From contig OZ244141.1 in assembly GCA_965216295.1 (NCBI GenBank), positions 78,163 through 142,162 on the forward strand: a DNA stretch of 64,000 nucleotides. Reading direction: 5' to 3'. The notes beneath the pieces were generated by a model. That model saw nothing but the letters and a program-made list of their open reading frames with translations. It did not search any database and was not told where the DNA came from. Positions 21,266-30,327 of this stretch are shown here, piece by piece. The DNA is from Minisyncoccota bacterium (GTDB lineage Bacteria > Patescibacteriota > Minisyncoccia > Phycocordibacterales > JABAAK01). Position numbers and translations under genes: made by a program. Position 1 is the stretch's first letter, and each line of letters starts with the position of its first letter.

Positions 21266-21298
21266 ACGACCAGTATACCCACAAAGAAGAGGTGGGCA

Positions 21299-23488
21299 CT
21301 ATACCCACCGTGCAATAGCGAGGAGATCGGTTTGCTTGTTCGGCAATCGTTGCCAAATAGTTTCTGTAATAAAGGGAGCAAAGGGATGTAACAATTTCAA
21401 TATGTCCTGCAGTATCTCGTACAACATACGTGCTCGTGCCACTTGCTCTTCTTTGGTACCAGTAGCCAACACCATCTTACTCTCCTCTATAATCTGATCT
21501 GCAAACGTATGCCACACATACTCATACGCACTCTCTACCGCAAGATTATATTGAGATTTTTCTAAATAGCTCCCCACTTCCTTCTTTACTTTCTGTGCGT
21601 GTGCCACATACTCTTTTTCTTTTTTACTAAACGACACGTCTGAGCCAAAGACATCTCTCTCATCTACATGTTGCAATACAAACCGAGCTACGTTCCACAC
21701 CTTGTTCATAAAATGTTTCGCGTGCTTCACCTTATCCTCATAGAAACGAAAATCTGTCCCTGGTGTTACTGCGGTGAGCAAACTGAACCGTAGTGCATCG
21801 GCACCGTAGCGTTCAACAATCGTGACAGGATCTATGGTATTTCTCAAAGACTTAGAAAACTTCTTCCCTTCACCGTCTCGAACCAAACCATGTATATATA
21901 CCTCTCGAAAAGGAATCTCACCAAAACAGTACACACTCATAAGAATCATTCGTGCCATCCAGAGAAACAAAATTTCATACCCCATCTGTATCCAGCTGGT
22001 CGGATGATACTGTTTCATATCTTCAGTTTTTTCACCCATCACATCCGTCTGTCCAAGTGTTGAAAACGACCACGTTCCAGATGAAAACCAAGTATCAAGT
22101 GTATCTTCGTCCTGCACCCAACCGTCTCCATCTGGCGCAGAAACACCGCAATACACCTCCTCTTTTCGATACCACACAGGAATTCGATGACCCCACCAAA
22201 TCTGCCGAGAGATACACCAATCTCGCGGATTGTTTACCCACGCGGCATACACCTTCTTAAAATGATCTGGAAATATCTGTATGGTGTTGTCTTTTTGTAC
22301 GTTTGTCTGACTGATTGCTTCTCTCTGTAATTCATTTAATGACTTGTTGATGTGAGGAATTTTCTTAGTGACCGCCACGAACCACTGCTCTTTTATTTGT
22401 GGCTCTAATACTCCTCCCCCTCGCTCATTGGTTGCCAAGTTATTCTCATACTCCTCTTCAACACTTTCAAGTAATCCCTTTTTCTGTAGTTTTGCAACAA
22501 TTAGTGGTCGTGCTTTGGTGATGTGCATACCAGCAAACTCTCCGGCAATGTCGAGTAATTTTCCTTTCCAGTCAATAATCTGTGTCTTCTCCAATGTGTG
22601 TCGTTCTGCTATCTCAAAGTCGGTGACATCATGCCACGGTGTAATTGTCATGACACCAGTACCAAACTCAGGGTCCACCGCTTCGTCTTTGAGTATTGTT
22701 GCTTCCACCGGTCCATTAATCCACTCCACTGACAGTGTTTGTCCGTGTGTGTACATTGCATATCGTTTGTCGTCTGGATGCATCACGACATACTTGTCAG
22801 CAAATTTGGTCTCTGGTCGCACGGTACCGATAACAAAAGGACCATATTTGAGATAGTAGAATTTTGATTTCTCTGGTTTTCTTACAATCTCATCATCTGA
22901 TACTGTTGTTTGTAATGCAGGGTCCCAATTCACAATTCTATGCCCACGATAAATTAAACCATCGTCGTACATTTTCTTGAATACCGAACGAACTGTCTGT
23001 GAACGCTTTTCATCAAAGGTGTACGCTAATCGACTCCAGTCACAACTAACACCCATTGTTTGTATCTGTGTAATAATTGTTGCTTTCGCATTTTCTGCAT
23101 AAACACGTATTTTTTCAAGCAATGCTTCTCGTCCGTAATGTTCTCTTGGGTTTCGTATTTTCTCCTTCTCTGCGATATCTTTTTCCACCCGAACCTGTGT
23201 TGCCAATGCAGCATGATCTGTTCCTGGGATTAATAACACACGCTTGCCACACAAACGTTCATAGCGCGCCCGAGTATCTATTAATGCATGTTCTAAGGTA
23301 TGACCAAGGTGGAGTATCCCAGTCACGTTTGGTGGCGGCATAACAACAGTAAACACCTCCGCATCTTTTTTGATGTATCCTTTCTGTATACTAGTCTCTG
23401 GATGAAAGGCTCTTTCCTTTTCCCATAGTGTACACATGTCTTTTTCATGCTCACCTGGTTTGTATGGTGAGAGAAATACTGTATCCAT
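21299..23488 (-). CDS. valS: Valine--tRNA ligase (short form, no C-terminal coiled coil)
   Basis: PPPNVTGILHLGH, DWCISRQIWWGHRIP, DTWFSS, KFSKS; start placed at ATG 23488. Confidence 0.96.
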   Translation of the reverse strand: MDTVFLSPYKPGEHEKDMCTLWEKERAFHPETSIQKGYIKKDAEVFTVVMPPPNVTGILHLGHTLEHALIDTRARYERLCGKRVLLIPGTDHAALATQVRVEKDIAEKEKIRNPREHYGREALLEKIRVYAENAKATIITQIQTMGVSCDWSRLAYTFDEKRSQTVRSVFKKMYDDGLIYRGHRIVNWDPALQTTVSDDEIVRKPEKSKFYYLKYGPFVIGTVRPETKFADKYVVMHPDDKRYAMYTHGQTLSVEWINGPVEATILKDEAVDPEFGTGVMTITPWHDVTDFEIAERHTLEKTQIIDWKGKLLDIAGEFAGMHITKARPLIVAKLQKKGLLESVEEEYENNLATNERGGGVLEPQIKEQWFVAVTKKIPHINKSLNELQREAISQTNVQKDNTIQIFPDHFKKVYAAWVNNPRDWCISRQIWWGHRIPVWYRKEEVYCGVSAPDGDGWVQDEDTLDTWFSSGTWSFSTLGQTDVMGEKTEDMKQYHPTSWIQMGYEILFLWMARMILMSVYCFGEIPFREVYIHGLVRDGEGKKFSKSLRNTIDPVTIVERYGADALRFSLLTAVTPGTDFRFYEDKVKHAKHFMNKVWNVARFVLQHVDERDVFGSDVSFSKKEKEYVAHAQKVKKEVGSYLEKSQYNLAVESAYEYVWHTFADQIIEESKMVLATGTKEEQVARARMLYEILQDILKLLHPFAPFITETIWQRLPNKQTDLLAIARWV

Positions 23489-23545
23489 AGAAACATAATA
23501 CAATAGGTGGTGATGTGCTTCAAATTGTGGTGATATGGGTATACT

Positions 23546-24037
23546 GTGTATGTGGAGAATAGTCAGCAAAAGAATGACGAGCGGGTATTACTTGCGTGGG
23601 ATTTTATAGAAGAGAAAAAACCTCGTTCACAAGATAAAGAAGTGCTCCTTGCGGTACTTGGTATTTCTGGTGTGATACTTGCCATTATTGCAAAAACATA
23701 CATCTTTGCGATGTTATTATTTATCGCTACAGGAACAGGACTCCTACTCAGTAGACAACTACCACGAAAAATGTCATTCTCCATTCGAGAACGTTCATTG
23801 ACCATTGGTGGTCGCGTACAATCGTTCTCAGAGATTTTTTCTTTCAATGTTATTGATGATCCTGGTGATAAAAGTCGTCTTATTCTCAAAGTAAAAAATA
23901 TACTTGATGGGACAATAGTTATACCGCTCTACGATCATGATTCAGATACGGTAAAAAGTCATCTGCGTTCTCGTGGTCTCCGAGAAGAATCAACATTACG
24001 ACCCTCATTGGTTGATATTATTGCTAGGCATTTTTAA
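23546..24037 (+). CDS. Membrane-anchored hypothetical protein
   Basis: Two TM helices followed by a small soluble domain. Confidence 0.7.
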   Translation: MYVENSQQKNDERVLLAWDFIEEKKPRSQDKEVLLAVLGISGVILAIIAKTYIFAMLLFIATGTGLLLSRQLPRKMSFSIRERSLTIGGRVQSFSEIFSFNVIDDPGDKSRLILKVKNILDGTIVIPLYDHDSDTVKSHLRSRGLREESTLRPSLVDIIARHF

Positions 24038-24038
24038 A

Positions 24039-24132
24039 GGAAGGGTGGCAGAGTGGTTGAATGCACCGGTCTTGAAAACCGACAGGCGAGTTAAACCTCG
24101 TCTCGAGGGTTCGAATCCCTCCCCTTCCGCCA
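24039..24132 (+). tRNA. tRNA-Ser(TGA)
   Basis: Cloverleaf with long variable arm; G73; encoded CCA. Confidence 0.96.
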
Positions 24133-24136
24133 AATA

Positions 24137-24799
24137 TTAATGATTGTACTTTATTCGTACTGTATTGTATATATACGAAATTATAAAAAATACAATCGCC
24201 GAAAGTGTCCAAAACAAAAACACTCTGGATAAATATTGTATTGAAGCATATTCGCCCAAATAAATCTGATCTTGAACTTCAGAAAAAGACACGTCACAGG
24301 GAAAAAGGACACAATTTATATTTAAAGAAGTTGGGGTAAAGAGATATGATAGTACTAATAAAAGGTGTCCGTATATCACTAGGGCAAACACAATACCCCG
24401 GTACAGTACAAATCCCAATTTGTACACAGCATAAAATAAAATTGGTATGAGTGTTGTATGGAGTACAACAGAAACTCCGAATACAAAGAAATTTTGGTCA
24501 GATTCAAAAAGCGCACCCGTTCTTCCGAGTCCTTCAACACCAACAAGTTGGTAGAAAAAATCAATAATCCAGAGTGCTTGAGCTGGTAATGCAGCAATAA
24601 GTGTTCCACTAACAATTATCTTATTGCGAAAAAGGATTCCGATTGCGCCTATAAATGAGGCAATGTTACAAAACCACAGCAATTCTACAAGACTATAGTC
24701 ATGGATGATGTGTAGTAGAATGTTGAGTAATGCAATACTCAACAAAAAAAGGGCTGCGATAGTAAGATATAAATATCTTCCGTGAAACAAACCGCTCAT
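24137..24799 (-). CDS. Integral membrane hypothetical protein
   Basis: LLWFCNIA motif, about six TMs, NINCV. Confidence 0.7.
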   Translation of the reverse strand: MSGLFHGRYLYLTIAALFLLSIALLNILLHIIHDYSLVELLWFCNIASFIGAIGILFRNKIIVSGTLIAALPAQALWIIDFFYQLVGVEGLGRTGALFESDQNFFVFGVSVVLHTTLIPILFYAVYKLGFVLYRGIVFALVIYGHLLLVLSYLFTPTSLNINCVLFPCDVSFSEVQDQIYLGEYASIQYLSRVFLFWTLSAIVFFIISYIYNTVRIKYNH

Positions 24800-24861
24800 A
24801 TAATAGGTTTATAAACAGATGTACTTAAAAGATTGTAGTTGTATTACTATTCATCGACCAC

Positions 24862-27306
24862 TTATTGTCTAACACATTTAATGCTGCTAGAGTTTTTTTC
24901 AAAAACCTCATTTGCCCAACACAATCTTTTACCAACAGGAGCTTCCAACCTCCCATCAACACCTCTTACCTGAACAGTGAGGAGGGGGTTTTTGTTATTA
25001 AAGTTGTCATCATCAGATTTTCCACAATTCCCCAATTCCCCCTTATTATTTTTTGTAATACTAATCTCATCAGAAGGGTTTAGATCAAGCTGGCAGCCGT
25101 CTATAAAGATTTTTTGAATCGGTTTATTTTTTGAATCTATCTTAATCACCCCATTCTTTAGAGTAATAGATATGGAAGACTGTCCGAGTCGTCGTTCAAG
25201 ATATACATCAGAAAGCACTTTGACAGAAACGCGTTTAGTTGCAAGTTCTTTAAACCCAGGATTTCCCTTCTTCACCTTTGTTTTTTTTACTCCCAAACTA
25301 CCATATTGTTGGCAAGAACCACTATCGACATCTATCAATTTTTTTTCTAGTGTTGGAGTGGATGCACTACACTTCCAGCAAGTGACTTTATATGTTTCAT
25401 CTTGAAGTGGTGTTGAAAAATGATATTCTTTTGTAATCTTGTTTTTTTCTGATGCTAGAGTATTTGAAGTAACAAAACGATCAAGCAGTCCGTTATCCTG
25501 CCCCCCTCTCTCTCTCGTAGTTTTGACTTCACAGAGTAATTCACCACCAACATAACACTCTTTTTTTTCTTCTCCAGAACTTGGTTTACACGGATGCGCT
25601 TCTGGTATTGTTGCGACGTCGATTATATCCGCTTTACGACGATAGTCACCATTAAACACTTCTACTGTAAAATCAAGATTATTGCTGCTATCTTCTATAT
25701 ACTCTTGGGTGAGCACGGTTGGTGATACTGAAAATTTGTGAATAGAAGCGGTTTGCACATTAATAGCACTTATAGGACCAACAAAGTCAGAACCAAATAA
25801 CTCATCATGACAAACAAGAGTTAGATATTCAATTGGACTATTAGCCACTGATATCTGAACATTCGTTTGCAGTTCTCCGCTTTTTTCTATAGCCTCTTTC
25901 GCTTTTATTAAATAACTTTTCTGTGCGTCCGTCAAGTCATCATTCTTGTTCCCCATTCCATCAGTTGCAATAACATCTCTGAAAACCCTACCATCTCCAC
26001 ACGTTGTGTTGGGTAGATTTACTCTTGTACCAACCCGTTTGGCTTCATAACTAAGAGCGCCAAAATTAGGGAGTTTTCTATCACCAATAGGAATAGCAAC
26101 CCCTCCAGGTTCTTCTTGTATTGATCTTGAATTATCACCGCATGTCGTTTGACCTCTTGAACCACATTGAATTTCTTGGCGATAATCTCTACAACCATAC
26201 CCTTTGTCTTCATTACCCCTACTATTATCAACCCCAAAACTCCAAAAACCAAGTGAGTCTTTTGTTTTTATAGAACGACCACAACCATACAATCCAAAAC
26301 TTATTTTCCCACCTTCAATAACAACCCTAGTACGAACACCAGCTCCCCCATTATCATCCTCTGATGGGTGATGGCCTGACCACCATTCAGAAGCATCAGC
26401 TCCACATGTACCACCCAATCTCCCACAGACTTTTGTTTGAAAATCATTTTTTGAAATTACCTTTTTCACACAATACTTATTATCTTTAAACCAAGAACCT
26501 TCTTCTTCATTACACTGACCACTATCATCTACTACGCTATATGGACTGAGTAGTATAATGTCAGCAAGTGTAGAAACATAAGCACAACCATACAATCTTA
26601 TGTTTTGCGTTTCCGCATGATCTTTCCCATCATCCTTATTGTCTGCTATACTATTTCCTCCTTCATTATAATAATTCTGACTGCTGTACAAATACGCCCC
26701 CTCATTCACAAGCAAGCGTGCATTTAATGGATGAAAATCAGCACTATTTTCACCCAAAAGGGTGGCACACCTCATCTTGATCTTATTAAACGCGTTTTCT
26801 ATTTTCCCCACTTCTCCTGGTGTTTTCACTTTTTCCTCTGCCCTTCTTTCTAACACTGCTGGTGCAAGGGAGGCGTCTGCCACTCTAAGGTCTCTCTTAA
26901 TCTCCCCTTTACGAGTTTCCCTAACAGCAGATTTGATTTCATCTTCTCCAAAAAAAATCGTATAAAATGGTAAAGATGTTTTTAAGTGACCCTCAATCCA
27001 CCTCTCCGCTGGAAGCCATTTATTTTTACCATCTACCTTTTTGTAACAATACCTCTGTTTGTATTTTAGATTACTCTTGTCAGGATTAGTGATGGCACCT
27101 GTGTTTGTATTAAAAAGTGTTCCTTGATGCACAGTACCACTCACCGTCCAAACATTACCAACATCACTTGTACATATTTTTCCACTCCCACTTTGTCCTT
27201 GTGCCTGCCCTGTTTGTATATAGGGGATGTAGTATACAGCCATCGCGAGCACAAAAATGACCATCAAACCAAAAATATAACGCACACTTATTAAATGTTT
27301 TCCCAT
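24862..27306 (-). CDS. Large exported Cys/Gly-rich protein
   Basis: N-terminal TM/signal; many paired Cys; 814 aa. Confidence 0.7.
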   Translation of the reverse strand: MGKHLISVRYIFGLMVIFVLAMAVYYIPYIQTGQAQGQSGSGKICTSDVGNVWTVSGTVHQGTLFNTNTGAITNPDKSNLKYKQRYCYKKVDGKNKWLPAERWIEGHLKTSLPFYTIFFGEDEIKSAVRETRKGEIKRDLRVADASLAPAVLERRAEEKVKTPGEVGKIENAFNKIKMRCATLLGENSADFHPLNARLLVNEGAYLYSSQNYYNEGGNSIADNKDDGKDHAETQNIRLYGCAYVSTLADIILLSPYSVVDDSGQCNEEEGSWFKDNKYCVKKVISKNDFQTKVCGRLGGTCGADASEWWSGHHPSEDDNGGAGVRTRVVIEGGKISFGLYGCGRSIKTKDSLGFWSFGVDNSRGNEDKGYGCRDYRQEIQCGSRGQTTCGDNSRSIQEEPGGVAIPIGDRKLPNFGALSYEAKRVGTRVNLPNTTCGDGRVFRDVIATDGMGNKNDDLTDAQKSYLIKAKEAIEKSGELQTNVQISVANSPIEYLTLVCHDELFGSDFVGPISAINVQTASIHKFSVSPTVLTQEYIEDSSNNLDFTVEVFNGDYRRKADIIDVATIPEAHPCKPSSGEEKKECYVGGELLCEVKTTRERGGQDNGLLDRFVTSNTLASEKNKITKEYHFSTPLQDETYKVTCWKCSASTPTLEKKLIDVDSGSCQQYGSLGVKKTKVKKGNPGFKELATKRVSVKVLSDVYLERRLGQSSISITLKNGVIKIDSKNKPIQKIFIDGCQLDLNPSDEISITKNNKGELGNCGKSDDDNFNNKNPLLTVQVRGVDGRLEAPVGKRLCWANEVFEKNSSSIKCVRQ

Positions 27307-27340
27307 TCTAATAGTAAGTGTAACACGATATTACAAATTG

Positions 27341-27412
27341 CCTCCCCAGTAGGAATCGAACCTACATTACGAGCTCCGCAAGCCCGCGTTCTATCCGTTA
27401 AACTATGGGGAG
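27341..27412 (-). tRNA. tRNA-Arg(GCG)
   Basis: CTCCCCA/TGGGGAG acceptor; anticodon loop TTGCGGA; A20 in D-loop. Confidence 0.9.
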
Positions 27413-27423
27413 TGTGGTGGTGT

Positions 27424-27687
27424 CTAGGATTGAATTGACTTGGCACCCTTCCGCATCAATTGAGCCTTTTTCCTCGACGCGGTATTCTTTTTAATAACAC
27501 CACTCTTTTCTGCCTTATCTATTGCTTTCTGAGCCGCTTTCACAGATTGCGACTTCCCACCAGCATCCATAGTACTATCATTTGTTGTCTTTATTGTCTG
27601 ACGCATTGTGCGTAGGCGACGCACGTTGTAGACATATCGACGCTTTGAAGCGCGAATTTCTTTCTTTGCAGAGCTAGTAATAGCCAT
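27424..27687 (-). CDS. rpsT: 30S ribosomal protein S20
   Basis: MAITSSAKKEIR...IDKAEKSGVIKKNTASRKK. Confidence 0.95.
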   Translation of the reverse strand: MAITSSAKKEIRASKRRYVYNVRRLRTMRQTIKTTNDSTMDAGGKSQSVKAAQKAIDKAEKSGVIKKNTASRKKAQLMRKGAKSIQS

Positions 27688-27764
27688 ACACACACTGTAC
27701 ACACAACTGTCGTAATGAGCAATGATTCCCTATCCCACATAACCCTTTGACGGTATACTGGTGA

Positions 27765-28328
27765 GTGATGATTGGTCTTGTAACTGGTGTGCCAGAAGAT
27801 GCTGGAAAGGGTGTTCTCCTTATCCTCACCAAGGGAGGAGTGGGCTACCTAGTGAATGTTTCGAGGGGTGTGAAAGAAAAAACTCTCAAAGAAAAAGAGG
27901 TTGCGCTTCACACACACACCGTTTTGAACACTAGTGGTATATCGTTGTATGGATTTTGTGAAAAGATAGAGTACACAACCTTTCTTCTTCTGCTCTCTGT
28001 CTCTGGTATAGGACCAAAGGGTGCTTTAAATATTTTAGACACCACCACACCACAAAACCTACTTTCCAACATTGGTCGAGAAGATGTTACAGAGTTGGTT
28101 GCATTAGGGGTACCGAAACGACAAGCAGAACGAATGGTTGTTGAATTGAAAACAAAAATTAATGTGGAAGGTGGGGATGCAAGTGTTGCTGATGCGGTTG
28201 CTGCTTTGATTGCTTTAGGATATGATCGCCAAGAAATTGCTGAAACACTACGAACAACTTCTGTGAGTGATTTAGATACCAGCGAGCAGATAAAAAAAAT
28301 ACTGCGAGCGATGCAGACAAGCAGATAG
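27765..28328 (+). CDS. ruvA: Holliday junction branch migration protein RuvA
   Basis: GGVGYLV, LYGF, VSGIGPKGAL, ALIALGY. Confidence 0.93.
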   Translation: MMIGLVTGVPEDAGKGVLLILTKGGVGYLVNVSRGVKEKTLKEKEVALHTHTVLNTSGISLYGFCEKIEYTTFLLLLSVSGIGPKGALNILDTTTPQNLLSNIGREDVTELVALGVPKRQAERMVVELKTKINVEGGDASVADAVAALIALGYDRQEIAETLRTTSVSDLDTSEQIKKILRAMQTSR

Positions 28329-28367
28329 TGTGTTACAACTCACTCTTGCTATATACTGTTGGTAAGT

Positions 28368-29444
28368 ATGAATAATGTCTACGGTCTCCTTCTCATCGCC
28401 GTTTTGGTTGGTGGTTCAGTCATTATATTCCAGGAGCAGATACGAGAATTTGAGATAGAGGTACGAACTCCCCCACCACTTATAGAACTTGGTAGTGGTG
28501 GAAAGCTCCGACCTGGTGCACCAAGGACTGCGAGTGTTGGTGGTGGTTCTACCTCATTAGGAAAAGGGGGCATAGGGTCAGGTTCTGGTTTTGACAGAAC
28601 TGACTTGTCGAGCAATTTACAATTCAGTGGGTCTGGTAGAATCGTCAGTGGGCCAACAGGAAATATTGATGGAGTCAAAATTGGTGAAGTATTGCACACC
28701 ATCAATCGTGGTATCAACACCGCTCAAGCTCGTGGTTTTGTCCAAAATATAACTGAACAATGGCCGACTTCTCCTTTTGCTGGTTATATAGCATTTCTTG
28801 ATTCAACAAGAGGATTGGGGGTGACAGATCCTTCTCGTGAGTACTTTGCTCTCATCGCCTCTTCCCTTCTCAAGCAACCACTAACCATTTCTGGTTGGCA
28901 GGTTTTTGACTATCGGAGTAGAACGATACACACCATCCCTGACGCAATATTCATCCCTGGTTCAAGAGATAATCCAGAGTTGTCACCAATAACACTGCGC
29001 CCAGGAGATACAGTAATTGTTTCCTCAGATCGATCACCGACCGGCACCTCATTTCTAGTAAATAAGTGTACTGGTTTTCTCTCACAATTCAAAACATTTA
29101 CCCCATCTATAAAAACAACATGTGTTGATCCCAAGGAGGAATTGATACGTTTTAACAAAGTACCGTTTTCTGATGATTTGTGTTATGAAACTGTCGAACG
29201 ACTCTCTGCTTGTCGGGTGGTGACTGATTTGAGTCCGAGTTTGTCAAAAAACTGCAGAGAGTTATTGGGAGATATTATTACCGAAAAAGGTTGTGTTGCA
29301 GAGCATAGAAATGATGCTGATTTCTATACAAATGAATGGCGTATCTTTTTAAATTCTCGCGATACACTTTGGAGAACCGATGAGACGAATGCTCTCTATT
29401 TAGTTGATGGAGAGAATAGATTGGTTGCCACCTTTGTCTATTAA
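28368..29444 (+). CDS. Membrane-anchored Gly/Cys-rich hypothetical protein
   Basis: N-terminal TM; NKCTGFL and CVAEHRNDADFY motifs; ATG 28368 (ORF track 28359). Confidence 0.7.
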   Translation: MNNVYGLLLIAVLVGGSVIIFQEQIREFEIEVRTPPPLIELGSGGKLRPGAPRTASVGGGSTSLGKGGIGSGSGFDRTDLSSNLQFSGSGRIVSGPTGNIDGVKIGEVLHTINRGINTAQARGFVQNITEQWPTSPFAGYIAFLDSTRGLGVTDPSREYFALIASSLLKQPLTISGWQVFDYRSRTIHTIPDAIFIPGSRDNPELSPITLRPGDTVIVSSDRSPTGTSFLVNKCTGFLSQFKTFTPSIKTTCVDPKEELIRFNKVPFSDDLCYETVERLSACRVVTDLSPSLSKNCRELLGDIITEKGCVAEHRNDADFYTNEWRIFLNSRDTLWRTDETNALYLVDGENRLVATFVY

Positions 29445-29473
29445 TACAACCCTGGTATGATGCCGATGGTGAC

Positions 29474-29547
29474 CCGCCCATAGCTCAGTTCGGTAGAGCG
29501 GCGGCCTTTTAAGCCGACGGTCCCAGGTTCAAATCCTGGTGGGCGGA
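29474..29547 (+). tRNA. tRNA-Lys(TTT)
   Basis: CCGCCCA/TGGGCGG acceptor; loop CTTTTAA. Confidence 0.93.
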
Positions 29548-29568
29548 CAAGTAAAACTTTCTATCTAT

Positions 29569-30312
29569 CTAAGCATGAGATAGTTCCTTTTTGATATATT
29601 CCATATCTGGTGTGTATGAGAGTATAAGGTACTCAATAGTATTGAGCTCTGGCATACGGTTAAGCCTCCCTTGGCGGATTTTCTCATCCATATAGCGCAA
29701 AAGAAGAAGTGGTGTGGTGGGATTGAGTTTTGTAAGAACTGTTTGTGCTTTTTTGAAAGGGTATGCCTTGACACCAGAATCTCTCACAGTACCACCCATC
29801 TGTACCGCATTAATCACACGAACTTGCCACAATAAAATAGCGAGGAGAGGTTCAACAGATTCTCCTTCAGCGAGTAATGTATGAAGTGCACGCAATGTTT
29901 TGTTTGGGTTGCCTTGTAAAAACAATTCTGCAAACCCAAATGCTTTTGAAGAACCCTGTGTGGTGGTTTTTATTTTATACGTTTTAATAATCGCTCCTCC
30001 TTTTTTAAGAAGATTAATCTCTTTTGTTCCCATAGTGGGATTAAAAACAATAAACATGTGTTGTGAGTCTGAATACCCTTTTGGATTTTCATACAACCCA
30101 CTACCAGCACCCGCGTCAACCTCGTTTAAAAAAACAATGAGTTTCCTTTCAAAGAGGCTTTGACTGTGGAGCAATTCTTTTATCGTATAAACCTCCTCAT
30201 TATCGGTGATACATATGTATTCCGCATTCGGTTGTTTTTCCTTACAAATAGCAACGACCTTGCGTACTGCCTCGCGCGCAGCAATCCGATCTCCAGTAAA
30301 CACATAGAGCAT
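29569..30312 (-). CDS. holA: DNA polymerase III delta subunit-like (HolA, reduced)
   Basis: MLYVFTGD, SQSLFE, LLAILLWQVR, GVKAYPFKKA. Confidence 0.65.
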   Translation of the reverse strand: MLYVFTGDRIAAREAVRKVVAICKEKQPNAEYICITDNEEVYTIKELLHSQSLFERKLIVFLNEVDAGAGSGLYENPKGYSDSQHMFIVFNPTMGTKEINLLKKGGAIIKTYKIKTTTQGSSKAFGFAELFLQGNPNKTLRALHTLLAEGESVEPLLAILLWQVRVINAVQMGGTVRDSGVKAYPFKKAQTVLTKLNPTTPLLLLRYMDEKIRQGRLNRMPELNTIEYLILSYTPDMEYIKKELSHA

Positions 30313-30327
30313 TACTCTATTGTACCT

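Noticed and set aside
17593-29547. tRNA-Leu, -Val, -Arg and -Lys lacking CCA as pseudogenes
   Set aside because: Cloverleafs are intact; post-transcriptional CCA addition is common in bacteria.
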